Source: an uncultured virus (IMG/VR IMGVR_UViG_3300021387_000016) (lineage: Duplodnaviria > Heunggongvirae > Uroviricota > Caudoviricetes). From it: a stretch of 64,000 nucleotides of DNA. Below the pieces are notes generated by a model. The model had not been told where the DNA came from. It saw only the letters and a list, made by a program, of their open reading frames with translations, and did no database searches. This document shows, piece after piece, positions 9,969-20,061 of this stretch (position 1 is the stretch's first letter; every line of letters begins with the position of its first letter). The DNA lies in IMG/VR virus record IMGVR_UViG_3300021387_000016; one strand, written 5' to 3'. A program made the translations under genes and the position numbers.

Positions 9969-11132
9969 TTAGTTATCTAAAAATAGTTTTTCATCAATAT
10001 CCTCTGTATTTTGCTGGAATTTAAAAAATGAAGAACTATGCTTTTTTGATTTTGGTGGTTGGTAGTTATTTTCTATCGCTTTAAGTAACCAGGCAACAAC
10101 GTTTTTTATTTCAGATTCAGAATCATTCATAAGATCTATAGCATCAGTGACCTTTTTCACATCATAATTAGCCTTTTCAGCAAGTACACGAGCATCTGCA
10201 ATACTAAATTCACTTCCTAATAACATCTTGATAGAAAAAATTGATTCCATCTTTTCATCATCAGTTATCTTTTTCTCCACATCTTCATTATTTGTTATCT
10301 TTTTCTCCACATCTTTATAGTGAATGGTAAATGTAATTGCTACTATCTTACCGCCTTTTCCTGCCCTATTAGGTTTATAATTTAGGTTCATTTCAGTCTT
10401 TTCGGTAATTTCTTTTGTAGCTACTTCTAACACATATTTTTTCAGATCACGCCAATCATCATATCGTTTTTCTGAGGCTATTTCTACAGCTTTGTCGTAA
10501 TCAGGTTTTTCTTTTCCGTCCAGAATTGCTCTTATCTTCTTTTCGGAAGCATCTATTACACCTAATTCTAGTTTTAGTTCTGACAATCCTATTACAAATT
10601 CAAAACCACCATCCATTGTTTGCTGACAATTCCGGTTTCCAATAAATGTCTCAGATTCTAGTAATTCATATAATCTGAATGAGTATACCGATTTAAAATC
10701 CATCATTACAGGAAGTGACAAAAGCGTAAATTTATTCTGTAACTGGTATACCTTGGACTTAACCTTTTTATTGAATGTTATTGTAAAAACTCCCTTAACA
10801 TAATCAGCGTCAGTAACAATTGACATATAATGGAATTCTTTTTTCTCATCATCTTCTATTCCGATGGATCTGCCAACAAGAGCTTTGGCCGTAGGCCGTA
10901 AATGTGAATATATACTATTGCCTTTATTGAATATTTTCTTTAATTCTGCTCCGGCCATTGATACAGTAATATCATCGTTTTTGTCATCTAACACAGTATT
11001 CTGCAACTTGTATAAGGCAGCTGCAAAAAGTTTATTTTCATATATAGTGGATTTATATTTAGCACCAATGATAATATTAGATTTTTGATAGACCATCCCC
11101 TGAGAATTATTCTGGGATTTTCGGTTAGACAC
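9969..11132 (-). CDS. repB: Plasmid replication initiator, Rep_3/RepB family
   Basis: QKSN.II.AKY, FKSVYSFRLYELL, L.ELK..LG, DLKKYVLEVA.KEI, GGKIVAITF. Confidence 0.9.
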   Translation of the reverse strand: MSNRKSQNNSQGMVYQKSNIIIGAKYKSTIYENKLFAAALYKLQNTVLDDKNDDITVSMAGAELKKIFNKGNSIYSHLRPTAKALVGRSIGIEDDEKKEFHYMSIVTDADYVKGVFTITFNKKVKSKVYQLQNKFTLLSLPVMMDFKSVYSFRLYELLESETFIGNRNCQQTMDGGFEFVIGLSELKLELGVIDASEKKIRAILDGKEKPDYDKAVEIASEKRYDDWRDLKKYVLEVATKEITEKTEMNLNYKPNRAGKGGKIVAITFTIHYKDVEKKITNNEDVEKKITDDEKMESIFSIKMLLGSEFSIADARVLAEKANYDVKKVTDAIDLMNDSESEIKNVVAWLLKAIENNYQPPKSKKHSSSFFKFQQNTEDIDEKLFLDN

Positions 11133-11350
11133 TATTCAATTCCCCCACAATATTTATCTTTTACACCACAACTTATGTAGTTATTGTAACACTATTTTAT
11201 CTTTTACACCACAACTTTAATTCATTGTGGAGAAAAAAATATATTATATGGAGAAAAAGATATATTTTAAACATATATTTATATAATCAATATGATATTA
11301 TGGTAAATATCACATCTGGATTCTCATTTTCTTCCACTAGTTAATGTTTA

Positions 11351-11518
11351 TTTATCTTTTTCTCCCCCTAGATTTATTAATAATTCCCCATCTTGTTATC
11401 TTTTTCTCCACATCTTAAGCAATCAATTTAGTTATTAATATCTCCCCATCTTGTTATCTTTTTCTCCCCATCTTGTTATTAATAATTCCCCATCTTGTTA
11501 TCTTTTTCTCCACATCTT
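11351..11518. repeat. Iteron array (22-bp unit CCCCATCTTGTTATCTTTTTCT), plasmid origin
   Basis: Several tandem or partial copies upstream of rep; inverted partial copies (TGGAGAAAAA) near 11228 and 11249; AT-rich flanks. Confidence 0.85.
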
Positions 11519-11743
11519 ATACAGTAAAATGCCGATTTTGTGCGCTTTATCACCTCTCTAAATAAATAAATCAAACTGTTGTATTAATATATAAATAAAC
11601 AACAACACCGTGGTAAGTTTTTTTGTCGGATTTCTGATAAGGAATTGATTTGTCGAGTTATGGTGTAAAATCTGTCAAGACAGTATTTGAGCGAATCACA
11701 GCGTTTCTCTTTTACTATCTTTTACTATTATCTTTACATTCTT

Positions 11744-12490
11744 TTACATCAACTTATCAATAACCAAACTTAATTGATCTATCACCTTTGGGTTAAAATG
11801 AATCGTTTTATCTTTAAAAGAACGGCTCAAAACAATACAAGAATTTTGGGAATTTACTCCATAAACGCTCAAAAATGGGTAGAAATTATCTTTAATCATT
11901 TCGACATAATCGGACATAAATTCATCAGGAATTACACATTCATTATCAAGTAGACTGCCATACTGGTTACATATATAAACAATATGTTGGAGAAACTTCA
12001 TGGCTTCTCTCTCGTTATTTAGATAAATCTTTTCAATTGGGTTTTTACGACTTCCATTTTTCTGAACAACGTGATTCAAATAATAATGATTGCCCTCAAA
12101 AAGCCCTAAATAATATTCTCCATATTTTGTATGGCTGCCATGCGGAGCAGGACTTTTTTTGACTTTTTCAATAATTGGATTTTTATATTTAACCCATACA
12201 GGTTCTGTTATATGAATATATGAACTAAATCCGCTTTGATTGTCTGCACCATTTAAGACCGGTTTATATTGATTGATAAGTGCTCTTTCAAGAAGATAGG
12301 ATTCTGTCGAATTTGGTAAAAAAGCAATATATATGTCGCACTTGTCTTTGTAATCAATAAATTTAGCATCAGGGCCTAGTCCTTTGTTGTGCTGATCTAT
12401 TCTTCTCTTAAAATTAGTATCAGTTTTTCCAATGTAAATTATTTCTTCTGTATCTTTAATGACATATTTATATACTCCGTGTTGGCGCAT
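11744..12490 (-). CDS. GIY-YIG nuclease domain protein
   Basis: GVYKY...IYIGKT...RRI.QH...LE..LI....P..N. Confidence 0.85.
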   Translation of the reverse strand: MRQHGVYKYVIKDTEEIIYIGKTDTNFKRRIDQHNKGLGPDAKFIDYKDKCDIYIAFLPNSTESYLLERALINQYKPVLNGADNQSGFSSYIHITEPVWVKYKNPIIEKVKKSPAPHGSHTKYGEYYLGLFEGNHYYLNHVVQKNGSRKNPIEKIYLNNEREAMKFLQHIVYICNQYGSLLDNECVIPDEFMSDYVEMIKDNFYPFLSVYGVNSQNSCIVLSRSFKDKTIHFNPKVIDQLSLVIDKLM

Positions 12491-12507
12491 AGATATCCCC
12501 TTTCAAT

Positions 12508-12537
12508 AAAAGCCTCCACTGGAGTGAAGGCTTTTTT
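12508..12537. terminator. Terminator hairpin
   Basis: AAAAGCCTCCAC-TGGA-GTGAAGGCTTTTTT. Confidence 0.65.
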
Positions 12538-12626
12538 ACATTACTGTTCTCTTTTTGGGCATTTTACTTTCAGTGTGTTTGACCGATATGGTAAACTGTC
12601 GAAATGTTAAATGCCTTTAATATCCA

Positions 12627-13131
12627 TTAGTAATCACTATCACTAAAAGACCACTTAGTTTTACATTTAGGGCATGTTAGTTTCACATCCCAATCTGAAC
12701 CATTCAAATAATCTGTTGTACTTGTTGTATTAATATTTGATATTCTGATATGCTTGGATGTTTCCTTACCAGAATTTATCAAATCGCTATATTCACCAAA
12801 CATATCATAATTACATTTTGGGCATTTAAGCTTTATCATCTTTATCTCCTTACCTGTTATTACATTCCCCAAATTAGTATAAAACAATGTAGTATCTAGC
12901 AATGGAAAAAATGGTAGTGGCACCTACCATTTTTTAGATTCATCCTACTATCACCGCATTAAAAATAATATCGCAGCTAACACAAAATTTCCCACCGCAA
13001 TTAGGGCAATGCAATATTGAGTCATTTGGGTTAGTGCTTGAAACAAGTTTTAGTAATTCAGATTCATCCATTTCCAAAGGCAAATTGCAGTGTGGGCAAT
13101 TAGGCTTGCTTATTCTCTTGATAGGATACAT
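12627..13131 (-). CDS. Two small Zn-ribbon proteins
   Basis: CPKC...CPKC and CPHC...CPNC. Confidence 0.65.
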
Positions 13132-13132
13132 T

Positions 13133-13501
13133 TTAATTACCTCTCTTTATATCTTCTTCAATCAGCCAATTGATATATGCATTCATACCTCCAAATCTAC
13201 CGCCGACCTTTCTGGCATGTTCATAGTTTTCCATTTTTAATCTGGCAGAAATTGGTTTATACACGCCCTGGAGAATTTTAGGTCTCCCAACATTGGACTT
13301 ATCAATAACAGTAATTAAATCACTAGAAATATCAGAGGTCTTAAATTCACTTTTTGGAGGTTCAGGAAGAATTTCAGTACTCTTCTCTTCCTCTTTTTCA
13401 TAATTTTCTACCAGCTCGTCTACAATGGTTGTAACATTCTCTTTTGGACTTGGTGTAGAAGTCTGATTAAGCATTTTTAATTTATCTCTTTTGCTTGCCA
13501 T
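13133..13501 (-). CDS. Putative centromere-binding adaptor (RHH, type Ib partition)
   Basis: Coupled to the parA stop; C-terminal GRPK..ISARL...MNAYINWLIEED. Confidence 0.65.
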   Translation of the reverse strand: MASKRDKLKMLNQTSTPSPKENVTTIVDELVENYEKEEEKSTEILPEPPKSEFKTSDISSDLITVIDKSNVGRPKILQGVYKPISARLKMENYEHARKVGGRFGGMNAYINWLIEEDIKRGN

Positions 13502-14271
13502 TATTTTGCACCTCCTATAGCTGATAATAATTTTTTCGCAGCCAAGTTATAGTCTGTAGCCAGATTGCTATTTGAATCATAATCGAGAATTGCCTGTTTA
13601 AAACACTTACACTCACTGGCCGCAATTCCTTTTCTGATAGTTACTACTAAAGGATGATCTTCATACTCTTCGCTTTTTTCATCCAGCTTTTCTTTTGCAT
13701 TTTGGTGCATGATTGTATTTTCATATCTATTAAGAATGAGCATTGAAATCTTTGCTTCGGTTATAGGGCGTTTACCCTGTCTATATTTGATGATGTCATT
13801 GTGCACTTCTTCAACACCATCAATAGAACCATCATCTGCTTCTGCCGGAATAACAATAAAATCTGATGCTACATAGGCCATTGTAAGAAGCGTAGATCTC
13901 GCAGGAGCATTGTCAATTAAAATAACATCATATTTTTCTTTGATTAGGTCAATAACATCTTCCAGAAGAAAAATATCATCATGCTCTACGAACTCTTTAT
14001 CTGATTTTGAAAGTTCTTTTGATGATGCAATAACATCTACTCTTCCACAAGTCTGAATTGCATCTGAAATTGGCTTTTCTGCCTGGAGAACATCATAGAT
14101 TGTTGGAACAGATTCATCAGCCCCAACGTATTTTGAAAGATTACCCTGTTGGTCAAGATCCATGATAAGAACTTTTTTCTTTTTGCTTGCTATTGCATTG
14201 GCCAACTCAATTGTAGCTGTAGTTTTTCCTACACCACCCTTTTGATTAATTACACCTATTACTTTTCCCAT
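13501..14271 (-). CDS. parA: ParA/Soj partition ATPase
   Basis: NQKGGVGKTT deviant Walker A, DLDQQGN, YDVILID; real start is probably ATG14271 (AGGAG upstream). Confidence 0.95.
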   Translation of the reverse strand: MGKVIGVINQKGGVGKTTATIELANAIASKKKKVLIMDLDQQGNLSKYVGADESVPTIYDVLQAEKPISDAIQTCGRVDVIASSKELSKSDKEFVEHDDIFLLEDVIDLIKEKYDVILIDNAPARSTLLTMAYVASDFIVIPAEADDGSIDGVEEVHNDIIKYRQGKRPITEAKISMLILNRYENTIMHQNAKEKLDEKSEEYEDHPLVVTIRKGIAASECKCFKQAILDYDSNSNLATDYNLAAKKLLSAIGGAK

Positions 14272-14279
14272 AAAAAATA

Positions 14280-14575
14280 CTCCTATTTTTAATATTGATA
14301 TTAAAAATATTTCTAAATACGATATGAATATTTCTAATATTGAAATTAAATATACCAATATTAAAAACAAAAGTCAATATAAGTATTTTTAATATAAATA
14401 TTTATAATAAATATACGCATATTATAAATACTAATATTTATAATATGCGTATATAAAATACAAATATAATTTATTATGATATTAAAGATATGAATACCAT
14501 AAATACTAGTATCTCAAACATTATAGATATTAGTATTTGTAATAAACATATTTTTAATATGAGTAATATTCATAT
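14280..14575. repeat. AT-rich region with AATATT/ATACTAATATT repeats, candidate parS/operator
   Basis: Very AT-rich degenerate repeats upstream of parA; similar motifs at 14820-14875. Confidence 0.45.
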
Positions 14576-14604
14576 ATTGCGTTAAACGTGAGTTTTGCAA
14601 ATAA

Positions 14605-14799
14605 TTAAAATGTATCATTGATTTTATGTTGCTTTTCGCACAAGGCTTCATGCTCCCATAAAATAAAAGTTCTCAACAAATCGGGAATTGTGATTGTCTT
14701 GTTTCTCTTTGGATTATTGTTAAATTTTTCTACTAAATCCATGAGTTGACCATATTCAAAGTCATTTAACCGAAGTGTTATTACATTATTGCGTGCCAT
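14605..14799 (-). CDS. Small RHH-type DNA-binding protein
   Basis: VITLRLND...TIPDLLR. Confidence 0.6.
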   Translation of the reverse strand: MARNNVITLRLNDFEYGQLMDLVEKFNNNPKRNKTITIPDLLRTFILWEHEALCEKQHKINDTF

Positions 14800-14884
14800 A
14801 AATATTACCCCCCCTTATATATTAAATACTAATATTATAAATATTTTAGATACTAATATTTGTAATATTAGTATTCTACAAATA

Positions 14885-15640
14885 TCATTCTCCAATAGCT
14901 TTTCTATATTTAATATCCAATTTATCAAGAAGCATATGACAATCCGGACAAGAGCAAGTAAAACAAGCAAGCTTGTTCGTGATTACATTTATATCTTCAT
15001 CAATATGTGCTACTGAGGGGCATAAAGTAGATTCACCACATTTAATGCCTCCATCATAAGCAATTTGCGGAGTACAAAAACTATGAAAGGCGCGAAGCGA
15101 TATAATAGTTGTCCTGAAATCATGGGTACTTCTAATAAAAGATCTGAAATTAAAACATTGTGGAGCTTTTGCGTTAAAGATCCAATTTTTGTGTTGAGCA
15201 GCCCTTCCTCTTGGTTCTAATTTTTCTAGCTTTTTCGCAATGAAAAAATCATCAAGTTTAAATATGTCTAATCTTTCATCAATATGAATAGGATAATAGG
15301 GCCTGATAGAAGAAACCTGATATAGTATTTTTCCTTTGCATTTATTTCTTAAGGCAATAACTTTATCAATGTCATCATTAGAAAAATTCATACCATTAGT
15401 AACAATGGAAGCGATGTGATTAGAAGCCATTTTGTCAGCTAATACTTCCATCATTTCCCAAAATAAAGGATTTTCAGTGGGTTCACCACCAGTAATTGTT
15501 ATTGTTCTGTCGTATTTAAAATTAAAATCGACAGCTTTTTTAAACATATCCATAGTCATATGTTTTTCAGAATCAGCCCTGGCATCATCCATACAATGAG
15601 AACAACCCATTCTACATTTTTCTGTAATACTAACTAACAT
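14885..15640 (-). CDS. Radical SAM protein
   Basis: CRMGCSHC (CX3CX2C), ITGGEP, VTNG and C-terminal cysteines. Confidence 0.9.
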   Translation of the reverse strand: MLVSITEKCRMGCSHCMDDARADSEKHMTMDMFKKAVDFNFKYDRTITITGGEPTENPLFWEMMEVLADKMASNHIASIVTNGMNFSNDDIDKVIALRNKCKGKILYQVSSIRPYYPIHIDERLDIFKLDDFFIAKKLEKLEPRGRAAQHKNWIFNAKAPQCFNFRSFIRSTHDFRTTIISLRAFHSFCTPQIAYDGGIKCGESTLCPSVAHIDEDINVITNKLACFTCSCPDCHMLLDKLDIKYRKAIGE

Positions 15641-15784
15641 TATTCAATACTCCCAAAATAGCGATATTCATATACAAAATAAACGATACTGTGATATGTA
15701 TAAACACAATATCAATATATGTGTACATGTTTTATATCACAAAAATGCAAAAAAATAAACCGCATTTAAAATGCGGTCTAAATG

Positions 15785-16153
15785 CTAATTAGTCTTTTCA
15801 TTAAGATACTTTTGATATTTTTCATGGTATGCCAATAATCTCTTGGTTGCAGCTTCTTTTTGTTTAAGAATTTCATTTTGCTTCTCTTCAAGTTCCTTAA
15901 GTTCCTGCTCTATTTGTTTCTTTTCTGATAAGTATTGCTCAATCTTTATGCATGGTTGCCATCCAAATAGTTCATTAGGAGAGATGTCGAATATTTCGCA
16001 CATTTTTTCTACAGAATCAACATCAGGACTAATCTTACCGGATTCCCAATTAGAAACAGTGTTCTGAGAACGACCTATTTTCTCAGCAAATGTTTTTTGT
16101 GACAAATTGGACATTACTCTTAAAATTCTCATATTTTCAGAAAGTTTACTCAT
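15785..16153 (-). CDS. CI-like XRE repressor
   Basis: LSQKTFAEKIGRSQNTVSNWESG; divergent from the Cro-like gene. Confidence 0.9.
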   Translation of the reverse strand: MSKLSENMRILRVMSNLSQKTFAEKIGRSQNTVSNWESGKISPDVDSVEKMCEIFDISPNELFGWQPCIKIEQYLSEKKQIEQELKELEEKQNEILKQKEAATKRLLAYHEKYQKYLNEKTN

Positions 16154-16420
16154 ATTTTACCTCATAACAGATGAAACACACAAAAAATCACAGAAAATAT
16201 ATGGGTATATAAAACCAGGTAGCATTCTTCTTGACAAAAATTTTATCAGAGTAATATTCGATTTACAATAATTTGTACGACAATTAGATAACTTTATGTT
16301 GTAATTAGAAAAATAGAGTATTAAAATTATATATACACCGATTATAAGGACATCAGAATTGTTACACAATTATCGCTACCTAATTACGAGTAGCAATAAA
16401 CTGTGAAAGGAGGGAAATAG

Positions 16421-16627
16421 TTGGTTGTTGAGGCAAGAATAGCTGCCTACATTAAAGAAACTGGACGAACAAGATCTTATGTGGCAAGAGAAGCAAAAAT
16501 ACGACAATCAAGATTATCACAGATTTTGAATGGAAAATCATCACTTAGAGCTGATGAATTTGAAAGAATTGTCAATGCTCTTGACGAAGATCCTAATAAG
16601 TTTATAAAGCGAGTCCAAAATGAATAG
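16421..16627 (+). CDS. Cro-like HTH protein
   Basis: VAREAKIRQSRLSQILNG; RBS AGGAGG. Confidence 0.85.
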   Translation: MVVEARIAAYIKETGRTRSYVAREAKIRQSRLSQILNGKSSLRADEFERIVNALDEDPNKFIKRVQNE

Positions 16628-16707
16628 GAGAGCAGCATGAATAAGACCATTATTCCCAGGGGAGCGCACTTTATTATGAGGGGAATAAAAAAGTGTGTGG
16701 GCATAAA

Positions 16708-17223
16708 ATGGAGAGCTGCAATTTTGTTAGGGGGATTCTTTTCGGCTTTATTCTTACAAGCCCAATTAAGGCAAATGCATATTGCCTTTCAAATCAATCC
16801 TTATACGAGGATGGAATCCCAGAAGATATTAGAATATTATGCGAATTAGTTGGAACAGAATTTCAGATATGTCCAGAAATACTAGAAGCTATTGCATATA
16901 ATGAAACTCGATTTACACCGGATATTACCAAAGATAATTACTATGGAATGATGCAGGTGAATGTAGTGATACATTCAAAAAGAATAGAAAAGTATGGGTG
17001 GACAACACAAGATATGTTAGATCCATACAAGAATCTGATTGTTGCTGCGGACTTTCTTAATGAACTTTATCAAATATATGGTGATGAAAATCCAATTGTA
17101 CTGTCATATTATGCAGGAAATACTACGGCAATAAAAAAATACAACAAGACAGGACAATTGACCGGATATGCAAAAGAAATTTTAGAAAAGAGCGAAAAAT
17201 ACGAACGTTTGCATGGAAAATAA
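16708..17223 (+). CDS. Lytic transglycosylase SLT-domain protein
   Basis: AIAYNETRF, GMMQV, LDPYKN, L..Y..G; signal-like N-terminus. Confidence 0.8.
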   Translation: MESCNFVRGILFGFILTSPIKANAYCLSNQSLYEDGIPEDIRILCELVGTEFQICPEILEAIAYNETRFTPDITKDNYYGMMQVNVVIHSKRIEKYGWTTQDMLDPYKNLIVAADFLNELYQIYGDENPIVLSYYAGNTTAIKKYNKTGQLTGYAKEILEKSEKYERLHGK

Positions 17224-17515
17224 AAAAGAGATTGTGCTGGGAACACAATCTCTTGAATGAAGGCTTATGTTGTAAAAGTGGTATCCTTCGTCGACTATTT
17301 TATCAGACTGAAAACTAATTTTAAAGTCAATTAGAATCAATCTTATAAATTTCTCACGGCAAGGGATTTTTAACATAAGTCAAAAAGAATCACTATGCAT
17401 GTCTTTTTTGCCTTTATTTTTTACGCGCAAAAAGCAAATAAATCACACACTCTCCAATGCCTAATTTTATACGGCAACGAAGCAAATTTAATACAACTCT
17501 GAAAAGGTATTTATT

Positions 17516-17728
17516 ATGCACGGATTAGTTGTTAAATATCACAAAAAGAAAAAACGTAGGCCTTATGGATTTATATGTGGCTATGACGGTGAAGAATACT
17601 TTTTTAATGAAAAGATGTTAAAAGATGAAGTTCATGAAGGCGATGAAGTTAAATTCCGAGAGGGCTTTAATGAAAGGGGCTTTTATGCAAGGGATGTTCA
17701 ATTATTGGGAAAGGATGAAAATGGGTGA
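17516..17728 (+). CDS. Cold-shock-domain-like protein
   Basis: G.V..Y...YGFI....EEYFF...EGDEVKF...A.DV. Confidence 0.75.
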   Translation: MHGLVVKYHKKKKRRPYGFICGYDGEEYFFNEKMLKDEVHEGDEVKFREGFNERGFYARDVQLLGKDENG

Positions 17729-17985
17729 TTTTAGCAAAGATAATCTATACGAGATTTATGGAAATTACCTTGCTCAGTTCACAGAATTGGCTCAATTAGC
17801 AAATGAATATGGTGTTTACTTTGAACTTAATATATCACCTGAAGGAGATATAGAGTTTAGATCCAGAAAGTATTTTGAAAAGAACTCAAAACAGTGTGTC
17901 AATACCATGGAAATTAAGCAAGGAAAAGATTATGTAAATGAAAATTGTCGGACTACTGTATTAAAAGATTTGAAAGGAGAGAATA

Positions 17986-18861
17986 GTGGAAAAGAATGAA
18001 GTTCAAGTGACTAAAAAACAGGGAATAAATGCTTTTTTACAAACCGAAGCAGTCAAATCAAATATTGCTTCTGTAATCGGGGAGAAGGATTGTCAGAGAT
18101 TTATTAGTTCTGTAGTTAGTGCTGTTCAGACAAATCCATCTCTTGCAGAATGTACCAATGCAAGCATTCTGTCAGCTGCATTATTGGGGCACAGTTTGAA
18201 GTTGCCTCAATCACCACAATTGCAGATGTTTTATCTTGTTCCATTTAATAACAAGAAAAAAATCACGGATGAAAATGGACGAGAAACTGAAATTAAAATC
18301 AAGGAAGCGGTATTTCAGCTTTCATACCGAGGATATTTGCAGCTTGCAATGAGAAGTGGCCAATACCACAAAATCAATGCATGTGAGATCAGGGAGGGGG
18401 AACTTAAGTCCTATAACCCCATCACAGAAGAATATCTATTCGATGCAATAAAGGACTTTGAAAAAAGAAAAAATCTTCCTGTTGTGGGATATTATGCATA
18501 TTTTGAAATGACCAATGGGTACAAAAAAGAGATTTATTGGTCAAAAGAACAGATGGAAGAACATGCAAAAAGATATTCTGCTTCATATAGAACAGATCTT
18601 CAAAAAGGGTGGAAAACATCGTATTGGACATCTGATTTTGATTCAATGGCACTTAAGACAATGCTTCGCCAACTCATAAGCAAGTGGGGCATGATGAGTG
18701 TTGAACTTGAAAAAGCTTATCAGAATGACATGGCAGTTGAAGATGAAAATGGAAACCCACTATATCTTGATAATGTTCCAGATGAACCAGAGAAAGGAAC
18801 AGATGTAATGGCTGATGTTATTGAAAGTGTTGCAAAAGAGGTTAAAGAGGAAAAAGTATGA
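17986..18861 (+). CDS. recT: RecT-family ssDNA annealing protein
   Basis: L.EC...SIL, YLVPF, FQLSYRGYLQLAMRSG, MALKT.LRQL. Confidence 0.9.
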   Translation: MEKNEVQVTKKQGINAFLQTEAVKSNIASVIGEKDCQRFISSVVSAVQTNPSLAECTNASILSAALLGHSLKLPQSPQLQMFYLVPFNNKKKITDENGRETEIKIKEAVFQLSYRGYLQLAMRSGQYHKINACEIREGELKSYNPITEEYLFDAIKDFEKRKNLPVVGYYAYFEMTNGYKKEIYWSKEQMEEHAKRYSASYRTDLQKGWKTSYWTSDFDSMALKTMLRQLISKWGMMSVELEKAYQNDMAVEDENGNPLYLDNVPDEPEKGTDVMADVIESVAKEVKEEKV

Positions 18862-19703
18862 GTGATTTTATCTTGACAGAGGGAAATTACTACAGTCAAG
18901 AAGCAGATCAACTCTACTGTTCAGCTTCACAATGGAAGGACTTTATTGGCTGTCCAGCTATTCCAGGATGTGAAGCTAGAGCAATGGCTAAACTAAATGG
19001 AAAATATCAACAGGAAATAACAAATTCATTACTTATTGGCTCAATATTGGATGCGCTTTGGGAAAATGATGATCCTGAATACATAGCAGAACGGTTTCCA
19101 GATTGTGTAAGTTCAAGAGGCCCTACAAAAGGGCAACTAAAATCTGAATTTCAAATTGCTTTGCAAATGTATCAAAGAACATTAAAAGAACCAAAGTTTT
19201 GTCAATATATGAGCGGAGAAAAGCAGGTCATAATGACCGGAATCATTGAGGGATTACCCTTCAAAATTAAGATAGATTCATATATCGCAGGAAAAGCAAT
19301 AGTCGATTTGAAATCTACAAGAACACTTGATAGGGATTTTAGGATATTTATTCCTGATAGTGGTGAAAAGCTTCCATGGTATAAGGCATATGGTTATGAC
19401 ATCCAATTGGCTATATATCAGGAAATCGTGAGACAAAACACTGGTGAATCATTAAGATGCTTTTTGGCAGCGGTGGATAAAGAAAAACATCCGATTGGAG
19501 ATGTTATCGAACTTTTGCAGAAGATGTTGAATGAAGCACTGGATGAAGTTAAACGAGGATGCAAAAAAATTATTCTGCTTAAAAATGGAGAAATTGAACC
19601 CATTCGGTGCGATCACTCGTCGTGTGATTATTGTAGAGATACACATGAATGCCAGGTTATAAGTACCGATGAGTTTGAGACACATGAAATTCAAGGAGCA
19701 TGA
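18858..19703 (+). CDS. RecE-like PD-(D/E)XK exonuclease (DUF3799-like)
   Basis: KIKID...IVDLKST...YDIQLAIY; adjacent to recT. Confidence 0.85.
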   Translation: MSDFILTEGNYYSQEADQLYCSASQWKDFIGCPAIPGCEARAMAKLNGKYQQEITNSLLIGSILDALWENDDPEYIAERFPDCVSSRGPTKGQLKSEFQIALQMYQRTLKEPKFCQYMSGEKQVIMTGIIEGLPFKIKIDSYIAGKAIVDLKSTRTLDRDFRIFIPDSGEKLPWYKAYGYDIQLAIYQEIVRQNTGESLRCFLAAVDKEKHPIGDVIELLQKMLNEALDEVKRGCKKIILLKNGEIEPIRCDHSSCDYCRDTHECQVISTDEFETHEIQGA

Positions 19704-19704
19704 C

Positions 19705-20052
19705 ATGGAAAAATCTTCAATAATTACAAAATTCATGCAGTATTGCATGATATGTGGAAAACCAAATGTTGAGATTCACCATGGCCTTTTTGGAAATAAG
19801 CATAAATTAGCAGATGAAGATAAGCTTTTAATGCCTTTATGCCCTGCTCATCATAATTCATCAAACATGAGTGTTCATATGAACATGGAAATGAAGATTC
19901 TTAGCCAGCAGGTATCACAACTCTCATGGGAAAGAAAATATCTCGCAGATAAGTTGGCAGAAGATAGTGTACAAGGGCATCAATCTTCAGAAGATTGGAT
20001 GATTGAGGCAAGAGAAGCTTTTAGGCGTAGATATGGCGAAAGCTTTTTGTGA
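19705..20052 (+). CDS. HNH-like Zn-binding protein
   Basis: CMICG...HH...LCPAHH. Confidence 0.7.
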   Translation: MEKSSIITKFMQYCMICGKPNVEIHHGLFGNKHKLADEDKLLMPLCPAHHNSSNMSVHMNMEMKILSQQVSQLSWERKYLADKLAEDSVQGHQSSEDWMIEAREAFRRRYGESFL

Positions 20053-20061
20053 GGATAATGT

